NCBI GenBank assembly: GCA_013416795.1
Contig: RQSC01000958.1
Location: forward strand, 1-64,000
DNA length: 64,000 nt
From: Prasinococcaceae sp. CCMP 1430
Lineage: Eukaryota; Plantae; Prasinodermophyta
Direction: 5' to 3'
Shown: piece after piece, positions 33,695 to 44,309 of the stretch
How positions within the stretch are numbered: the first letter of the stretch is position 1
How the letters are laid out: the number at the start of each line of letters is the position of its first letter
Position numbers and translations under genes: made by a program
Notes under the pieces: generated by a model
The model's input: the letters and a program-made list of their open reading frames with translations, nothing else
The model's database searches: none
Told to the model about the DNA's origin: nothing

Positions 33695-34165
33695 ATGGTT
33701 GAGGAGCGTGCCAGCGAGGCCGTGGGCGCGGGCGGCGGTGGTGGTGACGGGGGCAGCGGCGGCGGCGGCGGGGGCGAGGCACAAACGAGGGTCGGAGGCG
33801 CAGCAGGAGGCGGCGCGCTCACCGTGCGCGACATCGACCTGCTCATCACGCTCGAGGGCGAAGAGGCCGAGGCCAAGGCGAACCTCGAGCGCGTGCAGCG
33901 TGACAAGGCCGACCTAGCAAAGAAGTACCAGGAGGCCAAGGCGGCTGCCATGGAGGCGGAGCACTACCTAGAGATCATCCAGAAGAAGGTCAAGCGATTT
34001 CGCAATCGTCTCGACCTCTGCCCGTGCTGGGAGTGCCGCGTGACGTGCTGCCACGGGCCGTGCAAGCAGCTCGAGGCGATGGAGGCCATGATGGGGCCGA
34101 GCCAGAGGGCCAAAGCGCGCAAGCTCAGGCACCAGTACGCTGAAAACCTCAACACGGTCGACTGA
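33695..34165 (+). CDS. Small hypothetical coiled-coil protein with Cys-rich segment
   Basis: Gly-rich N-terminus, heptad-rich EAKANLERVQRDKADLAKKYQEAK and CPCWECRVTCCHGPC; GC3-rich codon use. Confidence 0.6.
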   Translation: MVEERASEAVGAGGGGGDGGSGGGGGGEAQTRVGGAAGGGALTVRDIDLLITLEGEEAEAKANLERVQRDKADLAKKYQEAKAAAMEAEHYLEIIQKKVKRFRNRLDLCPCWECRVTCCHGPCKQLEAMEAMMGPSQRAKARKLRHQYAENLNTVD

Positions 34166-34563
34166 GCGCCCAACGCCAGACGATGTGCTGCGCACGGCCC
34201 CTTCACACCGTACCGCCGCGCGCCTCGGGCCATAGCATAATAAACAGAAAGAAGTGAGGGTCTCAGGCCCTAGAACCCACCGCCAGCGGGCTGGCAGTCG
34301 CCCGAGTCTTGACACTGGCACCCGCATCGCCTCGAGCGGCGGATGCTCGCTGCGGCCGTCAGCGCAGCGCGATGGCAACACCTACCGGCGGCACTCCCAG
34401 TTTGCGCACTGTCGCCACGACGCGTCGAGTGCACGCCGCCGCCGGGCTGCGCGTGGAGGGCGCGGGACCGACGGCGCGGGGCAGCGCGCGCAAGCAGCGG
34501 CGGCCGCCCGATTGGTATTAGCGTGTCGAATATTAGAAATGGGCCCCGCGTCCGCGCGTCTGC

Positions 34564-36279
34564 TCAAGGCTGCTCCCCCTCGCCGGTGGGGAGGGTAAGC
34601 GATCCAGCGAAGGCTGGCGACGGCACCGCCGACGCGTCCTCATACAGCCACGGAGCGTGAGGGAGCATGGCCGCGTAGTGGGTCGTGGGTTTGCGCACAG
34701 GCACCTGCACCGACGCGGCGAGCATCAGGTGATCCGAGGGCTCGCGCGCGTTCGGGAGCACCTCCAACGCACCAACGGCCTCTGGCAGCGGCCGCACGCT
34801 TTCAACGGTGACGGGCCCTGACACGAAGATGTAGTCGAGCGTGAGGGGGGCAACGGGCTTTCGCACGCCCAGCACCTTCTCAACTTTGGGCTGGGGCACC
34901 ATCGTACGCGACGGCTCGACGCCGCCGCCCGCCAAGGCATATGCCGACGCGAACGGGAAGTGGAGCCGCGGCGTCCAATCGTCCCATTCCGGCGTAGTTG
35001 GATACTCAGCGTGATCCTCGTCGAGGGTGCCGCGCGTCATCAGCTCGTAGGCACCGCTGTCTGGCTTCATGTTCCAGTCACCGGCGAAGGCAATCGGCGC
35101 GCCGCGCGCCCAGCGCTGCACCCAATGTGCTGCGAGCGCCGCGTGGACGGCCATGGCACGCGGGTCCCAGAACCAGCGCGGCGAGTGCAACGTCGCCACG
35201 CAGAGCTCGGCACCCGTGTCGTTGTGCTGCAGCCGTAGGCCCAGCAGGCGGTGCCGTTTGCCATGCACGTCACCCCAGTGCGAAAAGTCGGGAGGTAGCT
35301 GTGGCGGCGCGGGGTCGAGGGCAGAGGGGGCGAGCTCCGGCGGATCCGGCTCGGCCGCCTCGGGTGGCGGCTTTGACTCGTACCACGCCGTCTTCTTCCC
35401 AGGCTCGGACAGCAGACGGGGAGAACGGCGCCCACCGGTTTCACCGCCCGCGAGCCACGCCAGCGTGGCCTGCACCCAGCGCGAGATGACACCGGGGCGC
35501 CCGCTGGCGTCGCGAGCTATAGGCTGCTGCTGCTGCTGTTGCTGTCGTTGCTGCTGCTGTCCTTGGGCTGCAACCGCCATGTCGTCCGCGCCGTCCTCTT
35601 CAGTGGCCTCGGCATCGGCACTGTGACCTCTCCTCCACCTTTGTCTGCGGGCTTTCTTCGCCGGCGCATCGGGCACGTGCTCGAAGTCGTCATCTCCGTC
35701 GCGAATGGCCGTGCTCGTTCGCCGCCGCCTCTTGTCATCCGCCCGGCGTGATGCAGCCTCACTGCGGATAGCGGTGTAGGCGTCGGGCCATGTGCGTTGC
35801 CGCGCGAGGAAGCCCTTGTTCACGTCGACGAGCGTCAGGTCGGCCGTCGGATAGGCAATCGCAACGCCCATGAAGCCCGACGTCTCGCTCGAGTAGTCTG
35901 TAAAGACGAACGCGTAGCCCCGCGCCGCGAACCACGGGTGCAGGCGCGCGCTCCACGCAAGGCACACCTCCTGCAGGCACACGACTGCGCCGCGACGCAC
36001 TTCCTCATCGAGCTTCGCCTGCACGCGGCACAGGCGCACACGCTCGTCGAGGTCCTCTGGCCGGCACGTGTGGTACTTTGCGGGGTCTGCAAACGTCGGC
36101 GTGAGGACGTTGTACGTCGCAATGCGAAACGTGGCGCATTCGGGTGGGGGCTCGCCCCGCGTGGGCTCGTCCCTAGCGCGCTGCTGCCCGCCGCGGCCTC
36201 CCCTCAGCGGCCGCTGCCGCACCGCCCCACTGGCGGCCCCGCCGCCGCCGCGGCCTGCCCGCGTGTACGCGCGCCGCAT
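34564..36279 (-). CDS. Endonuclease/exonuclease/phosphatase family protein (CCR4/nocturnin/angel-like)
   Basis: RIATYNVL, VVCLQEV, VATLH, FAGDWNMKPDS, TLDYIFV and PSDHL catalytic motifs. Confidence 0.9.
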   Translation of the reverse strand: MRRAYTRAGRGGGGAASGAVRQRPLRGGRGGQQRARDEPTRGEPPPECATFRIATYNVLTPTFADPAKYHTCRPEDLDERVRLCRVQAKLDEEVRRGAVVCLQEVCLAWSARLHPWFAARGYAFVFTDYSSETSGFMGVAIAYPTADLTLVDVNKGFLARQRTWPDAYTAIRSEAASRRADDKRRRRTSTAIRDGDDDFEHVPDAPAKKARRQRWRRGHSADAEATEEDGADDMAVAAQGQQQQRQQQQQQQPIARDASGRPGVISRWVQATLAWLAGGETGGRRSPRLLSEPGKKTAWYESKPPPEAAEPDPPELAPSALDPAPPQLPPDFSHWGDVHGKRHRLLGLRLQHNDTGAELCVATLHSPRWFWDPRAMAVHAALAAHWVQRWARGAPIAFAGDWNMKPDSGAYELMTRGTLDEDHAEYPTTPEWDDWTPRLHFPFASAYALAGGGVEPSRTMVPQPKVEKVLGVRKPVAPLTLDYIFVSGPVTVESVRPLPEAVGALEVLPNAREPSDHLMLAASVQVPVRKPTTHYAAMLPHAPWLYEDASAVPSPAFAGSLTLPTGEGEQP

Positions 36280-36791
36280 CTCCGCCCGCGCGGCCTCTGC
36301 CACCCCTCCACCCCCCGCACGTGCTCACCGCTGCCTCCCCCGCTGCCGCCCCCGACGCCACGCTGCTGCGCCCGCGCGCGCGCGAAAACGTCGACGTTTG
36401 GGCTTTGTCGAATTCATAAGGGTTTTCTTGGCCGTTTCGACGTCAGGGTCCATATATCAGCTGGCGCGCCTTCGATTTGACCTGGATCTCGCGCGCCGGG
36501 CGTGCGCTCGCGGCGCGCCCCGGCAGCTCGAGCTCGTGTCTCATCGGAGCGAGCGAAGTCGATGAGAGCCCGGGTGGGGGCGGCGGGGTGCGCGTGCGTG
36601 CTGCGCGGCGCCACAGAGCGCGCCGCGGACGCCCGGCCGCCCTTCCCGCCGCATCTCGCAGCTCGCGCGGGGCGAGGGGTTGCGGAGGGGACCCCGCCGC
36701 CCCCGCGTCGCCCTCGCGCGCAGCGCGCGCCACATCGCTGCCGGGAGGGTTCCTGACGCGCCGCCGCGCCGCGTGCGCTCCGCGCGTGCAG

Positions 36792-37323
36792 ACGAGTTCA
36801 TGTGCCAGGGTGGCGACTTCACCCGTGGCAACGGCACCGGCGGCGAGTCGATCTACGGCTCCAAGTTCGCGGACGAGAACTTCCAGCTCAAGCACACCGG
36901 CCCCGGCGTCCTCTCCATGGCCAACGCCGGCCCGAACACCAACGGCTCCCAGTTCTTCCTCTGCACCGTGGTGACCCCGTGGCTCGACGGCAAGCACGTC
37001 GTGTTCGGATCGGTCACCAAGGGCATGGAGGTTGTCAAGGCCATCGAGGCCGTCGGCTCCCGCAGCGGCGCCACCTCGCAGCCGGTCGTCATCGCCGACT
37101 GTGGCCAGGTGCGCCTGGCGCCTGCGCCCCGCAGCGCCGCGCATCGCAGCGACGTGCTGCACCGCTGCCCACCTCACACGCGCCAGCTGCTGATCGCGAT
37201 GGCGCTGACGCATTTCCTGCGCGCCGCCAACTCCATCCACCGCCACGCGCTCACTCGGACGCCACTCGGTTCTCCTCCAACGGCGCACACCACATCGCCC
37301 ACACATCGCCACAGATCGCCTAA
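36792..37323 (+). CDS. CYP: Cyclophilin (PPIase), 3' exons only (36792-37108, 37315-37323); N-terminal part not found
   Basis: [54 protein letters not shown]|IA*. Confidence 0.9.
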
Positions 37324-37515
37324 GCAGCTGCCCGAGGGCGCGCCGCGCCCCCGCTCGCGCTGAGCAACGGGGCGGCGCGCGCGCCAGCAAAATCACGGAA
37401 CCCAAATATTTCGCACGTCCATTTGGAATCCATTGATCGATTTTGATTTGTATTTGCATGCATTTTGCAAAGCGCTGACGTGACACTCTCCCCGACCTTC
37501 CGATGGATTCCACAG

Positions 37516-38383
37516 ACATGGGCGCGGCGTACGGCACGGCGAAGTCGGGGGTCGGCATCGCGTCGATGGGCGTCATGCGCCCGGAGCTCGTGATGAAGTC
37601 GATCGTGCCCGTCATTCTGGCCGGTGTGCTGGGCATCTACGGCCTGATCATCGCGGTCCTCATCAGCATCGGAAGTGCGTGGCGCCGCGCCGCGCCGCGC
37701 TGCCAGCGCGCGGGGCGCGTGCGAAAAACGCGTCACGCATGAGAGGGGGGAAAAAAGAGGAAGCACCTCGCGCGCGTGGCGCTGGTGCGCACCTCGCAGC
37801 GCGTGCGCTCCCGGTGCCCGCGCGCGGGTTGGTGGGCGTGGCAAGGTCATATGGTGCCTCTTAGTCACCATGCAACCACCCGCAGCTGGCACCCGGCGGG
37901 GAACGGCCGGCGATGGGTGCCCGGAGCGCGCGCGCGCGCGCGCGCGCAAGTGCCTGCGCATGCGCTCGGGTGTTCGTTTTTTTTTTTTTTTGCCTGATCG
38001 CTGCAGGAGTTTTCCGCGCTTTGCGGCATGCAACGTCGTCCGAGCGCTGCTGTCTGTCCAACCCTAGGTGCCTCGCCTCTGGTCCTGACTACGACGCCCG
38101 CCCCACCCATTTCTCGCGGTCGCCGCCTGCAGTCGCCCCTCCCTACTACCTCTTCGATGGGTACGCGCACCTCGCTGCCGGCCTCGCCTGTGGTCTGTCA
38201 GCGCTCGCTGCAGGCATGGCGATTGGCATCGTTGGCGATGCCGGCGTGCGCGCCAACGCGCAGCAGCCCAAGCTCTTCGTCGGTATGATCCTCATCCTCA
38301 TTTTCGCCGAGGCCCTCGCGCTGTACGGCCTCATCGTGGGCATCATCTTGACCTCGAACGCTGGATCGAGCCGCGACGGCTAA
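37516..38383 (+). CDS. VHA-c: V-type ATPase proteolipid subunit c; intron 37675-38132; first exon not found
   Basis: [42 protein letters not shown] and [25 protein letters not shown] (conserved Glu). Confidence 0.95.
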
Positions 38384-39021
38384 TTTGTTTAGACGCTGCG
38401 TAGCCGAGCTGCGCGCTGAAGGCGCAGGTTGCTGCTTGCGTGTGCTCTGTGCGCACTTGCGCCACAGCTTATTAAGAGCGACGAAGCATACATTTTGGGA
38501 TATCGCGTGATCACCTGCAGCTGGGATCCTTGCTACTGTAGCTAGAATGAATGAGAACAAGCCGAGGCGCGGCGGAGATGATCGCTGTCGAGCCCAGGCA
38601 CGCGCGGCGGGGGCTCATCTGCGGTCTGCGATTGATCGAATCATCACTATGCGGGTGAGAGGCGATAGCAGCTCACGACAGGCGCGTGGGTATCGCCAGC
38701 GGCCGTCCCGTCCGGGGCAATAGCGCACACGAGAGGGCCAGCGACAGTCTGCTGCCAGCGCGCCGCGCCACCGCGCGAGTGTGCCGCCGCCAGCCTGCGC
38801 GAGAGTGCAACGACGGCAACCTGCGACCTCTGCAACATGCCTACCCTTACGGCCTGGCCCATCTCTGCTCTCTGGCGATCCCCATCACGGCTCACACACG
38901 CTGCGCTCCGCATTGTACAGCACGCGCTGGTGCGAGACGCCCGACTAGGTGACGGAGCGCTTCGAGGCCACGGGCGAGGCTGGCTGTAGCGCTCTCGCAT
39001 GCGTGCGCTGTGTGCGCATCC

Positions 39022-40158
39022 TTAGTAGCGCGGGCGATCGTGGCGCTCGCGCTCGCCGTATCCACCGCCTCCGCGTCTGTCAAAATCGCGTCCCCTGTCG
39101 TCGTAACGCCTTTCATCACGGCGGTCCCCATACCCGCGCTCATCGTAACCGCGCGGGGGGCCGCCGTACCCGCCGCCGCGGTCTCCCATGGGAGGTGGAC
39201 CATCATAGCGAGGCGGGCGATCGTAGAAGTCCCCCCTGGGCGGCGGGCCGTCGAACCTGCGAGGCGGGCGGTCGTAGAAGTCCCGCTCGTCCCTTCCTCC
39301 GTAGCGACCACCGAAGTCACCGCGCGGCGGCGGGCCGCGTCCGTAGCCGCCTGGCGGGCCTCCGCGCTCGGGAGGGGGGCCGTCGTACCTACGCGGGGGC
39401 GGGCCCTGGTCGAGCGGGCGCGGGGCGCCTTGATCGGTGAACCCGGTCTTGATCGGCTCGTTGTTGCGGCCGAACTGCGCGTAGCCGACGCCGATCCGGC
39501 GCCCGTCGAGCTGGACGCCATCGAGCTTTGCCATCGCCTGCGCAAGAGCACGGCGCCCGGTCCCGAGGTCAGCACTCGCCAGGTCGCGCGCACGCGCGAG
39601 CGCTGCGAGACATTGTTGGAACGCAGGCGGGCGCCCATGCCCGCATGCGAGCCCGGCGCTGCATGCAGGCGGCGCGAAGTCGCGCGAGCGCGGAGCCCGG
39701 CACTTGCGGGTAGATCACCGGCCACGCGGGCCACAGATCACCGGCCACGCGGGCCACGCGCGGGCGGGGGCGCGCGCAGCGGCGCCCTGGTGGCGCATAC
39801 TCACATCCTCGGCAGCTGCTTTCTCACGGTAGCGCACGAATGCGAAGCCGCGCGGCTGGCCAGTCGCGCGGTCACGCGGGATGTACACGTCGGTGATCTC
39901 CGCCCCTGGCGTTGTGTCTTCGAACATGTTGCGGATGGTCTGGCGCGAGGTCTCGTACGAGAGGTTGGTCACGCGCAGCGAGAACATGTTGGTGATGTCG
40001 GGCGGCCCCTCACGCCGCGGCGGCCTGTCGTACTGCGCGCCCTCGCCGCGATCGCCCTCGCCGCGCGGCTCGTCGCCGCCCGCCGGCGGCGCGAGCGCCC
40101 CCCCCGCGCCGCCCTCGGCCGCCGCCGGCGGCGCGTCCTCGCGCTCCGGCTCCGACAT
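39022..40158 (-). CDS. SC35: SC35/SRSF2-like RRM splicing factor; intron 39538-39804
   Basis: PPDI...SLRVTNL...DVYIPRDRATGQPRGFAFVRY...ED|AMAKLDG..LDGRRI.V.YAQFGR is the SC35-type RRM. Confidence 0.85.
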
Positions 40159-40927
40159 CGCGTGCGGAGGCGATCGGAGGAGATGAACGGACAGTGGGGG
40201 TGCCCAAAATGGGGGAGGATGCCGCGATCCGCGCTCCCGCTCCTGCCTGCGCCGCGCCGACGCAGAGTGCCGCCGCCCACACCCCACCCCACCCCACCCC
40301 ACCCCAGCCCGCGCACGTACCCGCGCTCGCGCGCAGCACGCAGCGCGTCGAAAATATCCGTGCGCAAAAAAAAAAAAGCCGCCCCTCAGAACGAAGGCAC
40401 GCGGCACCTCAGAACTCAAAATCAAAATAAAAAAAATCAAAAGAGCCGTCGGCACCACGGCCGGAGCGCCAGTAGTCCTGCCACTTTTTCCTGAAGAAGA
40501 CGGGAACAGATTTTAAAAAATTGTGCTTTCGGAATGACCTCGTGATCACCACAAAAGGGGCAATGAAAATACAGTACACAGTGCAGCACATTCGGAATGG
40601 CCCGCTTTTCCTTTTCGGCAAGACAAAAACAAAAACAAAATTATTTTTAAAAAAACGCCCTTGACAACTTGACAACACGACGCAGGACGGGGGCGGGCGC
40701 GCGCGCGCGTGCGCGCCGCGCCTTCGATTTGATGGCTTGCTGACTGATCATGGCTGACTGCATGAAGCTCGGAATCGAGACGTTCGCCCGGCTGACCCCG
40801 GGCCTTGGATGGGACGACGGATGCGGCGACGGGGGGCAGCGCCGGAGGTCGCGGGTTTTGAGCGGGGATTGGATTCTGATCGGGAGGCGCGCGCGCGCGC
40901 GCGCGGGCGGGCGCGCGCGCGGGCGGN

Positions 40928-41405
40928 ACCGCGCCGCTCGGCCGCCGTGTGCAAGGGCAAGTCGCGCAACCGCACGGTGCCCGGGCGCAAGCAGCAGGCG
41001 GGCCCGGCCGGCCCGACCATGCCCGACTTCTCGTCGACGGAGGGCCCGGTCTTCCTCATCATGGTCAAGTCGTCGCGGCTGCCCATGTGGTACCCGGTGA
41101 CGTTCATGAACGGCGGCTCGCAGGCGGAGGTGATGACCAAGGGCATGGAGACCGAGTGGTCCAAGGGCATCGCGGGCGGCGCGCTCGTGCGCGAGATCGG
41201 CAACCTCATTTACGGCGACGAGGAGAAGGTCAAGGAGGCGACGCTCGCGCAGTACCCGAACCTGCGCAAGGCGCCGGAGCTGTCGTGGGGGTTCAAGCTC
41301 GTGGACAAGGCGAACCCGGCGTCGTCCTTCACGTCCAACAACGTGACTATGATCCCCCCGAAGGGCTCGCCCGACGCGCGTGCGCGCCCGGGCGCGCGCG
41401 GCTGA
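40928..41405 (+). CDS. HHL1: HHL1-like chloroplast protein (5' end disrupted by an N; 3' end doubtful)
   Basis: KGK..., PVFLIMVK...WYPV.FMNGG..A..M, IGNLIYGDEEKVKEATLAQYPNLRKA..LSWGFKL resemble plant HHL1 (recollection). Confidence 0.75.
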
Positions 41406-41752
41406 AGTGTGGATATGAAAAATCGCGCGCGCGTGCCAGCGGAGGGATTGCACCCCCTGCCCCCGAGCAGCCCCCCCCGCGAGCCTCCGGCGCACCGCGG
41501 CGTGCGGTCGGCCCATAGGGACGGAGGGCTCGATTTATTGCGATGCGGGCGGGGGGGTGACGGAGCGGGTCGGGTCGGGGGGCTGGCGTGCGCTGCGCGC
41601 GCGTGCGTGCGCGCGCGCGCGCTGAGTCGGGGAAATTCGGGCAAGGCTGCCGCGGCGCGGTGTGCGCAGCGCACGCGAGCGGGCGCGCGCGCACGTGCTG
41701 AGCGCTGACGCTCGCCCTGGCTGCCGCGACCTGCACCTCTGCGAACCGGCAG

Positions 41753-42753
41753 AGCCCGATGAGGTGCCCTACGACGAAATCGTGCCGGGGCTGCGGTACA
41801 CCATCGGCGAGCAGCTCTCTCTCGCTGCAGCGAAGGGAAAGTACGCCGAGGTGCTCATCCCGGTGGAAGCCCTCGTGGCGTCAAACCCATCGGTGAACGC
41901 ACGCCGCCTCTGGGGCACGGACGTGTACACGGGCGACTCAGACGTGGTCGCGGTCCTGCAACACACGGGCTACTACAGACCACCTGCGGAGGAGCCCTCG
42001 AGTGACCTGTCATCGGTGCAGTGCCTGCTCAAGGTCGAGCCCGTGTGCCCGAAGGGGTACGCGCCGAGCGAGCGTTTCGGCATCAAGAGCCGCTCGTGGG
42101 GTGTCAACGAGGGGTCGCTGTCGATCAGCGTGGTCGCGGCCCGCGCGGTGACCAGCGCGGGCGCATACGTCGACCTCGAGCCCAAGCACCTGTTCAGCTT
42201 GCCGAACACCTCCCCGACGTACGTGCCGGCGTCGGAGACGCGTGCCGTCGCCACGCGCGCCTCCGTGCAGAGCGCCACCAAGCAAAAGCTTGCTACGGAG
42301 GTGGCCGTGATGTACAACCTGTGCAACGAGCCCTGGCGCAAGTACCACATGCACGTCATGGTGGACCGCGGGCTGTCCCCGAGCCAGTGGACCTCGTCGC
42401 GTCTGCTGCGGGAGACGCTGTACCTCGAAAGCAGCAACACGCGCTACGAGCTGAGCGCAAGCGTTGTGGCAACGTCGAGCGGCGAGGGGCAGGTTGCGGA
42501 CGCCAACGGTGGCTCCAACCCTGGTGCACCCGAACAGCTCTATCGCTTTGCCCGCTGCGAGCCCATGCTGCTGGCGGAGATGCGCGCCACGGGCGTGCCG
42601 TTGCCAGCGACTGACGTGCGCGTCGTGGAGGATGGCCTGCGGTGGGAGGAGCTGCGATGGGCGCCTAACGGCGTCTCTGTGCGCGGGAAGAACCTCCACA
42701 TCCTGCGTTGCTCCTTCCTCTCAAACAAGCAGGCGCGGCCCGCGGCCAACTGA
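41753..42753 (+). CDS. HDC1: RXT3/HDC1-like histone deacetylase complex subunit (C-terminal region; 5' exon not found)
   Basis: LWGTDVYTGDSDVVAVLQHTGY (Rxt3 motif), YNLCNEPW.KY, LYLES...RYELS and WEELRW...GV. Confidence 0.85.
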
Positions 42754-42838
42754 GCGGCGCGCGCGCACGAAAGCGCGGCGACCGAACCGTGCGCCAGCGG
42801 CCGAGCATGCCAGCGGCCGAGCGTAGTGGCTCGCGGCC

Positions 42839-43954
42839 ATGGCGCGGCGGCCGCGGCGCGCGGCAACAGTAACAGACGACACACCGGCGGGGGTGTGCGT
42901 TGTAGGCCCCGGTGCCCCGGCGCCGAGCGCTCGCATGGCCCCGAGCAGGGCCCGGCGGCGCTTCTGCGCCGCGTGCCAATGTGGATGGCGTGGCCGCGAG
43001 CCCGTTAGTACTTCATACGCCATTATTGATGGCGACGTGCAGACGCCTCGCTGGCGTGCGCGCGCGCGCGCGCGCGGTCACACACCGCGCGGGGCGCTGA
43101 GCGCGAGCGCTGTCGCGGGGCGGGACAGGGATGGAGGTCGCTCGCGCGGCGGCATCCCGCTCCCCCGGGGGGCGGGAGCCGCGCAGCGCCTGCGCGGGCG
43201 GCGGCGGCAGCGGCGAGCGCGTGCGCATGCGTCCGAAGACACTGACGCGGATGCAGACGCGGACGCCGACGCACGTGACCAGCCTCCGCTGGCCTGCGTC
43301 GAGCGACTCGGTGGGAATACTGTGCGCGTGTGGGCGCAGATACGCGTCGACACGCCAACCGACGCAGTGTGGCGGGTGCTCACAGACTACGAGCGACTCG
43401 GCGAGTACGTCCCCTCGCTCGCGGAAAACGAGGTGCTCGAGCGCTATCCAGACGGCGGCGCGCGCCTGCGGCAGGTCGGGGAGCAGAGCCTCGCACTGGG
43501 GGTGAAGTTCCGAGCCGAGTGCGTCCTCGACGTCAGAGAGTTTCCACAGGGCTGCCCCGAGAGGTACTGCGAGACGGGGCTTGACGGCGACGGCGACGGT
43601 AGCGAGGGCAGCAGCAGTGGTGGTGACGGCCCCCCTTGCGAGCGCACGGAGCAATGGCCCGGGGGGCGTGGCAGTGATATCTCCTTCGACCTGGTGAAAG
43701 ACCGCGAGGGCGACTTCAAGGAGTTCCAGGGCGTGTGGAGCATGCGAGAGTGCGATGACGGCGTGGAGGGCGGAGCCGCCACGACCGCGCTGCGATACTC
43801 GGTGCGCATGCAGCCGCGCCCGTGGCTGCCCGTGCTGCTCGTGCAGGGGCGCATCGCCCAGGAGGTCGAGGCAAACGTCCGCGCGGTCAAGGCCATTGCC
43901 GAGAAGCAGCGCGCCGAGGGCGCCGCCAGCGCCGCCAGCGTCTGGGTCGGGTGA
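42839..43954 (+). CDS. START/SRPBCC (polyketide cyclase/Coq10-like) domain protein with organellar presequence-like N-terminus
   Basis: VWRVLTDYERLGEYVPSL, GDFKEFQGVWSM, LRYSV...PWLPV.LVQGRI. Confidence 0.8.
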   Translation: MARRPRRAATVTDDTPAGVCVVGPGAPAPSARMAPSRARRRFCAACQCGWRGREPVSTSYAIIDGDVQTPRWRARARARGHTPRGALSASAVAGRDRDGGRSRGGIPLPRGAGAAQRLRGRRRQRRARAHASEDTDADADADADARDQPPLACVERLGGNTVRVWAQIRVDTPTDAVWRVLTDYERLGEYVPSLAENEVLERYPDGGARLRQVGEQSLALGVKFRAECVLDVREFPQGCPERYCETGLDGDGDGSEGSSSGGDGPPCERTEQWPGGRGSDISFDLVKDREGDFKEFQGVWSMRECDDGVEGGAATTALRYSVRMQPRPWLPVLLVQGRIAQEVEANVRAVKAIAEKQRAEGAASAASVWVG

Positions 43955-44309
43955 CCGCGCGCGGCCCGTGGGCCGGCGCGTTTCTTTCGTCGCGATCCCC
44001 GAACGCAGTCGTTGCGCGTGCGTCGACGCCAGCTCGAATAAGGGTTACATCGAAAATGAATGTAAATGTACGTATACTTGTGATTTTAGGGTCTGGTCAA
44101 GCATCCAGCGCGGCGCGCGTCCGTGCGGCGTCAGCAGTAAAAAAAAAAAAAATTGTTACCTCTTCCGTGCGCGGGTGGCGGGGGCGCGCAGGCGGTGGTG
44201 CGCAGTGGCTGTGTGGGTGGGTGGGGTGGAGCGCGGGGTGGGGAGAGGTTCCGTGCCATACAGCGTGCGCGAGTCGCCACGGACCGCCGCTCGCCGCCTC
44301 TGGGCCGAC

